A DNA stretch of 64,000 bases from Octopus sinensis (Eukaryota), in NCBI RefSeq assembly GCF_006345805.1, contig NC_042998.1:105586001-105650000 (forward strand). Reading direction: 5' to 3'. The notes beneath the pieces were generated by a model, which saw nothing but the letters and a program-made list of their open reading frames with translations, was not told the DNA's origin and made no database searches. Below, in pieces: positions 52,991 through 64,000 of the stretch. A program made the position numbers and the translations under genes. The stretch's first letter is position 1. Each line of letters opens with the position of its first letter.

Positions 52991-53553
52991 TTGGGTTGTC
53001 TGGAAAGTTTGTGCCAATTTCTAAAGAAAAAAAGGTCAATAAATACTTACCTTTACATTTTTAATCAACCAAATATGAACTATTTTGCTGCACAATGTGT
53101 CTCCATTTTTCCTTTAACTTGAAAATACCCTTTTCCCAGAATTGAGGTGGTTTCATGGCAAAGAATTTATCAAAGTATCTTTTTATGTCATCCAAGGAAT
53201 TGAAATTTTTACCATTAAGACTATTCTGCAGAGACCTGAATAAGTGGAAATCCGAAAGAGCAATATCAGGTGAATATGAAGGGTGGGGTAACATATCCCA
53301 GCCAAGCTGCAGCAATTTTTTTCTGGTTCCCAAAGCATCAAGTGCCGAAAACGAACTTTCTTGTCTTCCATTTTAAAGGGTTACAGAATTAACACAGGTT
53401 ATAGGAACATAAGCCTTCTTCCACGAAAAGATAGCTTAAACTGTGCTCTAAATGGAGGTGTAGTCAAATCGTATTTTATGTGCTCAACCATGTTCTAAAA
53501 TAAGTCGAAAGGTAAGCGACTATAAATCGGCACAAACTTTTCAGAGAACCCAA
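52991..53553 (-). mobile_element. Internally deleted mariner (563 bp)
   Basis: TIRs TTGGGTTGTCTGGAAAGTTTGTGCCAATTT / AAATCGGCACAAACTTTTCAGAGAACCCAA with TA TSD. N-terminus MEDKKVRFRHLML is joined to the C-terminus LPHPSYSPDIALSDFHLFRSLQN (YSPDLAPSD motif). Confidence 0.95.
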
Positions 53554-53885
53554 TACATATTCAAAAAGTTTAATTGTAAAGGCTGAATAACAAAAATATA
53601 AAGAGATTCAGAAAGCTACATATTTGGAAATACATATTATAACTTGTGAAGTTTTGTTGTAAATATAAGAATCAGAAAGCAGTAAAATATCAGATAAATT
53701 TGAAAGAGCAATGCTCAGTCAAGAATACATGAAATAAAAAATAAATGCCTGGATAGAAATATTCTGTCAATTAAGTTGTTAAACATGATGGTATTGAGTA
53801 ACCATCTAAAGTAAATGATTTACCAGATCGACAGCATTGGAAAATATCATATATATGTGTGTGTGTGTGTGTGCATGCATGTGTG

Positions 53886-53929
<44 letters not shown>

Positions 53930-54143
53930 GATAAGTTTCTGCATAACATTATCCATAAATTGCAAAAATATGTATTTGCAAATAATTACATGCGTGAAGA
54001 CATGTCTATGAGTCTAATTTTATGTAACATGTAAGTAAATTTATGTTCATGTTTAAACATATATGAATATACCCATGTATTTAATTTATTAAATGTATAA
54101 TAAATGTATAATAAATAATATATAAATATATATATATACATAC

Positions 54144-54178
<35 letters not shown>

Positions 54179-56226
54179 TGTATGTATGTATGTATGTATG
54201 TGCGTATGTTTGTATGTATGTATATATGTATGTATATGTATATATGTGCATGTTTGTGTATGTATATGTATATATGTGGATATATTTATATGTATACATA
54301 CATACACACACATACACACATATATATTTTTTAAGTGTATATATATATATATACATTCATACATACATATATATATGTATGTAAACATGTATTATATATT
54401 ATACTATTTTATATTATATTTATGTTTATGTATGTCAACATCGTTCTAACATCTACTTTTTCCATGCTTGCACGAGTCAGACAGAAATTTTTGAAGCAGA
54501 TTTTCTATGCCCAGATGTCCTTCTTATCACCATCCCTTACATGCTTCAGGTAAGGTAATATTTCCCCATGGCTGGCCATGTTTACACAGAACATTTGAAA
54601 TGAATAGAACTGCTAATATGATGGTGATACCCATTTTGAACCATTGCATTATATCAAGATAGACACAAATGCACATACACACACTCATACCACTCATACA
54701 TTTACATACAAGATTACTTATAGCAGACACATATATTTATATGTGTATATATATATATGTACACACACACACGCATATATAAATATCATCATCATCATCA
54801 TTATCATCATCGTTTAATGTCTATTATACATGTAGGCATGGGTTGGACGATTTGTCCAGAACTGGCAAGCTGGAGAGCAGCCCCAGACTTCAGCTGGATG
54901 CCCTTCCTATCGCCAACAACTTTACAGAGTGTGCTGGATGCTTTTATGTGACACCACACAGGTGCTTTTATGTGGTATTATATGGGTTCTTTTACATAGC
55001 ATGACATGGGCACTTTTATGTGCCCATGTGCTTTTACATGGCACTGCATGAATGCTTCTTACATTGCATACCATCAAATATCATACCTTCTATACTGATC
55101 ATCATTACTCTCTTTCTCTCTCTCTCCTCCAGGTCGCTTGTTATTGACATACAAGACTCTCTCTTACCACCACTCTAACCATCTATTGCTTGCTCCTTCT
55201 CTCCTTGCTTACTTTAGATCCTCATCTCCTCAAACAAATGCTACTCACCTCCCTCCCACTCAGCTTTGTTGTTTCATAAACTGCTTGGTGACCTCACAAT
55301 TGATGATGGTATGAAAAAAATCACCCAGTACATGCTGTAAAGGGGTTGGCATTAGGAAGGGCATCCAGCCAAAAAAGTCATGCCAGAGAAGACAATGAAG
55401 CCTGATGTAGTCCTTGGATCCATCAATTCCTGTCAAAGCATCCTACACATGTCAGTAGGGATCATGGATGTTAAATAATGAGGACAACTATGACAATGAT
55501 GATGATGATTGTGATAATGGTGGTGGTGGTAGTGCAGGTAGAGGTTGTGATGATGACAACAACGACAATGATACACATACATATGGAAGCATTACATTTT
55601 AGCAATGTAAATATATATATGAGCAAATATATACATTCTTAAATTTAATTCTAGTTTGAAAAAAATATAATAAGTAACATGCAGAATAAATGGAAGCAAA
55701 TATCATCAATAAAAGTAATTTTATTTTCATCAATAAGAAAAATAAAAGTAGATTCCTTGTTATTTCTGAAAATGTTTAAGATGCAAAAGTAAACCTCTGG
55801 AAGTTATTTAATATTTTTATTTCATATGAAAAGAAACTGCATTCGATGTGCATATATTTAAAGTAAAATATAACATTCATTTACACAAGAAATATGATTC
55901 AGGAATATCTATTCACAATTGCTTATGTTATTTCTCCACAAGTGTTCATTTACAAAATGCAATATACTGATATGTTTATGATTTATCTAGTTTTACTCTA
56001 GTTGCAATGATTTTCACCTTGTTGATACCATCATAAGTATTAATGTTAGTTTTACTACATTACGTTGGATATTGTTTAAGAGCTTAGTGTGGGTTATTTT
56101 TGTTTTATCAGGAAAAAATCTTCTACAATATAATGGAAGAGATGGTCGGCCATGGAATTAAGTGCCTTTCTAATCTTGCTAGCGCATCGAAACTAATGCA
56201 TGCATGTGTGTATGTGTGTGTGTGTG

Positions 56227-56258
<32 letters not shown>

Positions 56259-56499
56259 ATGCACGTGTGCATGCATGTGTGTGTGTGGTGTGCATGTTTG
56301 AGTATGTGCTTATGTAAGTATTGTATTTGCATGCATGTGTGTTTACTTTCCTATATTTTGTCTATGTTTGTGCGTTCATTATTAGATGTGTGTGTGTATG
56401 TGCTTTATTTGTATGCGTGAATGTTTTCCTATGTGTGTATGTGTGCACAAGTATTATTTTCTATTGCTTTTCTTCCTCAAATGAAGTAAAATTATTTTT

Positions 56500-56760
56500 C
56501 CTTGCTGATAAACTAAGAAACAATTCTTCTGTTCTAAGGGTTTCTGGAGCCAAAAAAATGTACAGGAGATTATTTTGGACAAAAGGGCAAAACTTTGATC
56601 ACACTAGTATGGCATGTATTGAAGGACCTCTTTTTGTCCTATTCTCAATCATCTCTGGTTCCCCCGGGTTCAGTTCTGTCTCCAATACTTTTTCTTTTAT
56701 ATATCAATGACTTCCTTGATCATACATCCAACAATGCCTCCACCACAAACCACTTAATTC
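56500..56760 (+). mobile_element. CR1/L2/Jockey-type LINE RT relic
   Basis: With one frameshift: SG..PQGSVLSPILFLLYINDF. Confidence 0.65.
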
Positions 56761-57059
56761 TACAAAGCACTTAATTCTACCAAAACTTTGCCCAGCCATG
56801 CATTATCCAGATGTAGCCTAGACATCTCATCCTAAACCTGCATTGATTCCATTAACTGTAACTATGACCACACCCTTTATGAGTCTATATCAGCCTTGAT
56901 TTTTTAGCTGCCAAAATGCTCAAGCACTATTCATATCAAGATGATACCACCACACCACACCCCTACTAAACATGAGTGGCATTCAGCTAGAGGACCAAAC
57001 ACTATGCTTCCCCATCACCAAGGACCTATCCTGGTGAAAGCACATTCTTAGCAAAGTTA

Positions 57060-57385
57060 CACATGGGTCAGTAGTTAGAGCATCGACTCACAATCATGAG
57101 GTAGTGAGTTCGATTCCTGGACCAGGCTGTATGTTGTGTTCTTGGACAAGACACTTTGATTCACGTTGCTCCAGTTCACTCACCTGTAGAAATGTGTAGC
57201 AACGTCACTAGTGCCAAGCTTTACCAGCCTTTGCCTTCTTCTTGGATAACATCGGTGGTGTGGAGAGAGGGTGCTGGTATGTATGGACAACTGCTGGTCT
57301 TCCATAAACAACCTTGCCCGGACTTGTGCCTTGGGGTGTAGCTTCCTAGGTGCAATCCCATGGTCAATCATGAGCGAAAAGGTTC
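57060..57385 (+). mobile_element. tRNA-type SINE, family C-related
   Basis: TGGGTCAGTAGTTAGAGC..GAGTTCGATTCC (A/B boxes), TTGTGTTCTTGGACAAGACACTT. Confidence 0.75.
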
Positions 57386-57509
57386 TTTCTCTTCTTACCC
57401 AATGGAGATGTCCAGTAAACAGTTCTAGGTGTCAGATATGATAGAGGTAAATTCCAAAGTCACAGTACCACATTATCCTCGAAACTATGCTGCACATCTT
57501 CCAAGCTTA

Positions 57510-58100
57510 TAAACTACACCATATGCAAACTTTGCAGTGCACTTTACAATAGTGAACAGACTATCACCTTGTCAATCACTTTTGGGAGCAGATTAAAGTA
57601 CACCACTATATGCCAGACCAGCCTGTAAGCACCCACTTCAATACAATGGACCATTCCACTATCCATTTATTTGTGTACAGAATCCATATATGTCATGGAT
57701 CTGCACATCGTAGGAAAATGAAAGAATGCTTTATATTCAAACTTGAAACCATATCATTAATGGATTTAAAAGAACATTTTCCTTCTACTCCTACACCTTT
57801 TTTAGTTCAGTAGCCCCATTCTTATCCTCCAGCTCCTCTCCCACATTAACTTTCCCCTCCACCTCACATTCACCCACTTCTTTTCCTTCTTTCCCTTCTC
57901 TTTCCTCCTCTCTTCAAACCCAGTTTCTCTCTTCTAATATTTCCTGTTTACATATGCAAGCTTACATTGTCTTGCTTTCCCCATCAGTTGCAGCCAGTTT
58001 CTCAGTCATAGATGTGAAACTCTTTTCTCTCTCTTTTATTTCACATCTGCCATCTTTACTCTGAAGAAGGACTCTTTCCAAAATGTTGGAAATTCCACTT
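57510..58100 (+). mobile_element. Penelope-like element relic (GIY-YIG C-terminus plus 3' region)
   Basis: ICKLCSALYNSEQT..; QPVSTHFNTMDHS..RRKMKECFIFKLET; downstream CTGAAGAAGG..CCAAAATGTTGG. Confidence 0.65.
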
Positions 58101-58579
58101 TCCACATCAATTTCATGGTACACTTTCTACCACTTTTCCAAAGCATCTCTTTGATGCAGACCTCTACTAGTCACCTAGGGTTCTGCTTTATCTGACACAC
58201 ACACACACACGCACTCACACACACACACACGCATGCACACACACATACATACATGTGTGCATATATATTTATACACGTTTACTTATATAGTGAACCCTGC
58301 TTTATAAATCCATCTTGGGACCACCTATTTTGGATTTATTAAACGAGGGATTTATTAATCAAAGGAACAAAATTCACCAATGGATTAAACATGTTATAAT
58401 CATCATCATTGTTTAATGTCCGCTTTCCATGCTGGCATGAGTTGGACAGTTTGATTGAGAGCTGGCAAGCCAGAAGGCTGCACCAGGCTCTAATTTGATC
58501 TGGCAAAGTTACTACAGCTGGATGCCCTTCTTAAATACATACCTATACGAATACACGAATAAAATCATTATAAACAATG

Positions 58580-60195
58580 TCATTGAATGAAAAATTTGTT
58601 GAGTGTTGTTTACTTTGCTGGACACTTTGCTCGCAACTCTGCATTGATTTTTTTTTCCCTTATGAGTTCTAAAAAGATTCTTGTCACTGAAATCAAAACT
58701 TTCAAGACCACTTTCTAATTGAGTGAGACAGTGTCTTATTTCAGCTGGTGTAGGAGGCTCTGAAACTTTTTCATCAACAACAATGTCAGAATTGTCATCT
58801 TCATCTCCTTCAGTTTCCTTCTCAGATTGCTGAATGTCATGAACGATCTCATCTAGTTTTTCTTCTTCAGTGATGATCTCTGGAGCAACAACATCTATGG
58901 AGCAGCAGCATCTATGGTCAACCAGTTCTCGAATTGCTTTTTGGTCAATCCAGTAGGCAGTGAATATCTATGGCTTTATTCGTTAACATCAATAGTTTCA
59001 TTTGATTCTTTGGTTAAAATAAAACCAGCTTTGGTCCAATAATGTTTGATTGTCTGGTCAGAGACCTTCTTCCAAGCTATGCTTAACATGTACATGGTAT
59101 CCAAAATGGTTATCCACTTTGCAACTTCTTGAGTAAAAATATCACATTCAGAGTCTTCCATAAAATCAATGATCTTCTTGTGCATTTCATGTCTGAAGTA
59201 GGCTTTCAAGGTCTTGATTATCCCCATCTCACAGGGTTGCACCGCTGACGTGTTGGGAAGAAGACATTTTAAAGTGATATTCTTGAGATCATCAAAGACT
59301 ACATGAGAAGAGCAATTGTCAAGTAGAACCACCACTTGTCTTCCAAATTCCTGCAAATGACAATCCCAAGATCTGAGCCATCTTCCATAGATTTTTTTCT
59401 GTCATCCAAGCATTAAGTTGAGAAGTCGTACTGAACTGGAAACGTTTTGACATTTTTGAAGCCTTTTTGAAGCATCATCCAATTAAGAGCAAGTCTTCTT
59501 TGTCTCCATTCATGTTGCAAACCACCATCAAGGTCATATGGTCCTTTGCTGTCTTAAAGCTCTTCACAGTTTTCTTGCAACTCTTGTTCACATATGTATT
59601 CACTGGTAATGCATGAAAGTAGATCCCAGCTTCATCGGTGTTGTAGATGTCCTGTGGCTGATACAATTTCAACAGAAGCTGCATGGTTGTCCCACAAAAT
59701 TGATGGGCTCCATCTATGTCAGCTTCAGCTGCATTACCTGAAAAATATGAAATGTTTAGTTTGTTTTCTCTAAAGAGAAAAATGTGAACTAGTGAACTAC
59801 AATGCTTACCTTTTAGAACCATAAAAGAGATTCCATATCTCTTTTGTCAATAGTAAAAACCTATATTTGAATGCCTTAAAATTGAGTCCAGCAGCTTGAG
59901 CAATGGTGTTGGCTTTGTGCTTTAGGATCAGGCCGTTGATGGGGACGTTTCTCAAGCGAATACATTGAAACAAATCATAGAGAGCATGGTCTATCTGTTG
60001 GTCATTTCCCTCTCGTTGGCACTTTTTCTTTGAGGAACACCCATCGTGTTCTTTGGCACAAAGGTCATCCTCCTTCTTTAGCAAATTCTGGAGCAGACCT
60101 CTTGAAATTTCCAATCTTTGTCCAGCTTCCCACTGAGTTTTTTCCCAAGAGCTTAGTAACATTCTAACGGATTTGTCTTGCCTCTCTCTTTTCAT
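58580..60195 (-). pseudogene. Tigger/CENP-B-like transposase pseudogene (HTH, DDE_1, acidic tail)
   Basis: MKRERQ..EAGQRLEISRGLLQNLLK; GNDQQIDHALY..VPINGLILKHKA; IYNTDEAGIYF; LLDNCSSH..PNTSAVQPCEMGII..KAYFR; terminal TTLNKFF. Several frameshifts and stops. Confidence 0.92.
59738..59809 (-). other. Putative 72-nt GT-AG intron in the transposase
   Basis: AAG|GTAAGC..TTTCATATTTTTCAG|GT; splicing gives KRYGISFMVLKGNAAEAD. Confidence 0.75.
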
Positions 60196-60739
60196 TTTGA
60201 ACAACTTGTGTATGTGTCTGCCTCTCTGCACGAATGACGAATGATGTGTTTTGTTTCCCCTCAGCAGCCACAACCAGCCAGCTGTCACGTGGTACACTTC
60301 ATCATCCAATGAATGAGAAGGGTGCGTAATTTTGACAAGAGGTGTCCCGGAGCCTACATTTTTGGTTGAATGACAGGGTTGTGTGGTAGGCTCCAGCAGC
60401 CACCACCAGCTACTACATATTTATTGATCTAGTTTTGGATGATGGAGTGTACCACGTGACAGCTGGCTAGCTGTGGTTGCCAGAGCCTACCTGTCAGTAT
60501 TTAAGAGCAAAAAAGACACTTCATTCATTCATCGCCACTTGTTGACATTCTAAGAAGAAGCAGCAGCAATTGGATTTATTAAATGAGAGATTTTATGCAT
60601 AAAAATTCCATCCCAATCCATTTTGGATACATAAAGTGAGTAGATTTATTATCAGTGGATTTATAAAGTGGAATCTACTGTACATATATACACATACATA
60701 CATGCTATAATTCTACACAAATAAAAAATATGCAAATAA

Positions 60740-61800
60740 TACTTTTGACATGACTATGGGTGTGAGCAGCTCAGCTGAGTTCACTGACCTTATTGTCCTG
60801 TTTATTTGCTTCCAACTTCAGGATGAATTCTTTCATGTAGGAAGTGCTTTGTATATGAATGATGGCCTACTGACCATGATTAATTGCAGTCCCTTGACGT
60901 CTGATATATTTAGGGAAGTACTGATTGGCTTCTTCAATGGTCTTAATCTGCCTTTTACATTAAACACAGATCTACCTATGATTCTTAATCTCCCCAGTGG
61001 ATTATTCAACCCAAATAGAAAACCAAATGTGACCATAAATATAGGAGTAAATTATAGAATTAGCCAAACAGCAAAAAAAGTTGCTTAAAAATATTTCATT
61101 GCGATAATCTCTCTTGTTAGTAACTTAGCTCATTTTTATGGATCAGTTAACCTATTTTAATAAAACATTGGCTTGAAGTGATTTTACGGAGAATCTATTT
61201 TATTTTAACTACGAATGTAGGAGTTAGAGGAATAGGCCTAGGCACATTATTTGGTATAATCCACTATTTAGAAGTGAAGAGTCACATTTTTCAGCAGAAT
61301 GTAGATATTGTAATATAATTTGCAGGAATGTGTTATGCAACATTGAAGGTAGCTAAATTAACAAATAGGAATTGTAAGAGTACTGATTACATTGATAGTG
61401 GCTATAACACAGATTTAACAGTGTTAACAGGAATAATTCAGAAGAGATTTGCCTAATTAATGAGTTTATAACAGTTTACAAAACTTCCATCATGAATAAA
61501 TCTTATATAAGCTTAACAGACAATAGATTAAAGTTTTGACATCATCCTCAAACTAATTTATTTTTAAATCTGACGTAACTTTCAGCATGTATCCAAAGGT
61601 TAAAAGCATCTAGTACAACATCCAATTGAAAATTTTTACAAAAGTCAAACAAATTTTATGACAGTAATAAAAGGCCTTGAAATTTATGTATCATAGAAGC
61701 ATTGGAAATCATTTTTGTCAAGGATTCGATTTTAAACAGGAATTCTAAATTCATATCAATATGTAAGCATAAACTTATAAAGGATACAAGTATGACAGTT
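60740..61800 (+). mobile_element. Penelope-like element relic (RT C-half plus GIY-YIG)
   Basis: FDMTMG..AEF..LYMNDGL..LNL..NPNRKPN; RHIIWYNP; YISLTDN..YNIQLKI..ILNRNSKFISICKHK. Confidence 0.8.
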
Positions 61801-61929
61801 AAAACATATATCCAAAAGGGTGATTTTTTTTTATTTACTATATCATTCAGATTCCCCGAATTTCTTGAAGTAGTAACTTTAAAGAAACAAGATATTGAAG
61901 TTGGAACTTACATCACTTTTGCATCTAAA

Positions 61930-62140
61930 TCATCATCATCATCATCATCATCATTTAGCGTCCGCTTTCCATGCTAGCATGGGTTGGACGGTTCAACTGG
62001 GGTCTGTGAAGCCGGAAGGCTTCATCAGGTCCAGTCAGATTTGGCAGTGTTTCTACGGCTGGATGCCCTTCCTAACGCCAACCACTCTGTGAGTGTAGTG
62101 GGTGCTTTTTACATGCCACCTGCACAGGTGCCAGACAGAG
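61930..62140 (-). mobile_element. RTE-LINE 3' terminus with (GAT)n tail
   Basis: Close reverse match to about 10450-10640. Confidence 0.8.
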
Positions 62141-62195
62141 CTGGCAATCTTGTATATTAATTTGCATGTAGACTATGCCATTGTAACATGTGTGT

Positions 62196-62234
<39 letters not shown>

Positions 62235-62365
62235 TGTGTTTAGGTATGCAAGTACTCCTGTACATTTCTATATGTCAAGAATGAGTTTAAATGCAAAAAC
62301 AGCAAATATACGATAATTATATGATAATATAGAACTAAATGAATCTAGCCACATTTATCTCTACA

Positions 62366-62610
62366 TCTTATTGCCCATCTCTTTATAAATCCCAATCATC
62401 ATCATCATCGTTTAACGTCCACTTTCCATGCTAGCATGGGTTGGACGATTTTGACTGAGGGCTGGCAAACCAGATGGCCGCACCAGGATCAATATTAGAG
62501 CTGTCTAGTTCACCAGCCCTCAGTCAAAATCGTCCAACCCATGCTAGCATGGAAGTGGACGTTAAACAATGATGATGAGGATTGGGATTATAAACAGATG
62601 GGCAATAAGA
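62366..62610. repeat. ~100-bp inverted duplication (62366-62465 and 62513-62610)
   Basis: 3 substitutions plus 2 indels; covers an RTE tail and adjacent unique flank. Confidence 0.92.
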
Positions 62611-62897
62611 ATGCTTAGAAAGTTGTATATATACATATATGCAATTGTGTATTTGTATATGCATATGTATATATATGTTTCTATATACATACATGTGTGT
62701 ATATTTGGATGTATGTATATGATGGACCCTCCCATTGAAGACACGTAGAGGCATTCAACTTTTGCCAAACGACCAGCATAAATGATTTTTTTATACTGAT
62801 CAAATGTTTGTGCCACACATTAGCTCTCTCTCTCTCTCTATCAAATCAACTTTGTCTGAACAGGTGTACAGTGTACCATGCATCAAGTGTTGAAGTG

Positions 62898-62994
62898 ATC
62901 CCAAAGCAATGAAAGATGAAGCGGTTTACTCAAGAACACAATGCACCACCCAGTCTAGGAACTGAATTCTTGATCACTATATCGTGAGTACAAC

Positions 62995-63034
<40 letters not shown>

Positions 63035-63158
63035 TATGTGAGAGGGCATAGCTTAGTGGTTAGGGTGTTGTACTCACGATATAGTGATCAAGAATTCAGT
63101 TCCTAGACTGGGTGGTGCATTGTGTTCTTGAGTAAACCGCTTCATCTTTCATTGCTTT

Positions 63159-63163
<5 letters not shown>
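62898..63163. repeat. Perfect 103-bp inverted duplication of a family C SINE body (62898-63000 and 63061-63163)
   Basis: Base-by-base identical; the 60-bp spacer is (TA)n plus the SINE head. Confidence 0.95.
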
Positions 63164-63209
<46 letters not shown>

Positions 63210-63216
63210 TATATAT

Positions 63217-63292
<76 letters not shown>

Positions 63293-64000
63293 AAGTATTA
63301 GACAAAATGAGATAACAAAGCCAAGGCTGTGAGGAGTTTTCAGGACATTTATGAGCAAAAGGATATAGATATAGTCTTACAGTTGATATCATGGATATCG
63401 TCTTCATCAGAAACGATGTGAGATGGTGAAATAGAGATAGATATTTGAGTTCGAAATAAGGAATTATTATGGAAACGGTGGATATGGGGAATACAAAGGG
63501 AAATAAGAGAATGAAAGTAGAAATAAAATATAAATTATATAAAGATATTGTAGTTTCAGTTCCATTAATCAAGGAAAGTTGTGTAAAGAAGTGGTAAAAA
63601 AGTTTCTTGTACATGGTATGTAAGTTGCAATAGTAGTTCATGTTTAGTCATCTCAAACTATGAAGCCATGGATTCTGTGTTGTTCATTCGAAAGGGTTTG
63701 TGGTGTGAATGAAAATTTGAGAATGTATCAGTAGTATTTGTGGATAGATGGTGGGGAGAGGCATGTATGATTAGAATGAAGAGATAGATCAAAATGAAAA
63801 TAGGAAGAAAAAATAGAGGAAGAAATAGGGGAAAAAAGTGAGAAAAATATGTGAAAACTGAGACCTTTGTACCCCATCTCTAACCTCTCCTCTGACAATA
63901 TTACCTTCTCCATTCCTGAAAATAATCCTCAAAGTACACCCACTTGTAACTGCCATCCTGGGTCCATCTACCCCCTGTAGAAGATCTAATGTAATTTATA

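Larger units (their letters stand above)
58288..60680 (-). mobile_element. Full-length decayed Tigger/pogo DNA transposon (~2.4 kb)
   Basis: TIRs TAGTGAACCCTGCTTTATAAATCCA / TGGATTTATAAAGTGGAATCTACTG, TA on both sides, subterminal GGATTTATTA repeats; nested RTE tail at about 58405-58530. Confidence 0.9.

Overview
This is eukaryotic, AT-rich, repeat-saturated DNA with no prokaryotic features (no operons, rRNA, tRNA genes or CRISPR). The SINE families and the (TA)n/(TG)n/(ATAC)n/(AAT)n/(CAT)n microsatellite load point to a cephalopod, probably an octopus (inference). I could not identify any host protein-coding gene, and most ORFs in the track are microsatellite artefacts. Recognisable content: (1) a young, 5'-truncated R4/Dong-like RLE LINE (42294-44997) inside a (TAA)n tract, with one frameshift, plus several older relatives nearby; (2) a full-length decayed Tigger/pogo transposon (58288-60680) whose transposase carries an apparent 72-nt in-frame spliceosomal intron; (3) an internally deleted mariner and two hAT-type MITEs; (4) an RTE LINE endonuclease fragment and many RTE 3'-end fragments; (5) at least five Penelope-like relics, one with inverted termini carrying degenerate hammerhead motifs; (6) many tRNA-type SINEs. 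The most unusual signal is an accumulation of recent local inverted or templated duplications (about 95-100% identical arms), often bounded by (TA)n. I see no convincing new biological system. Repeat boundaries were read by eye and are approximate unless TSD or TIR sequences are quoted.
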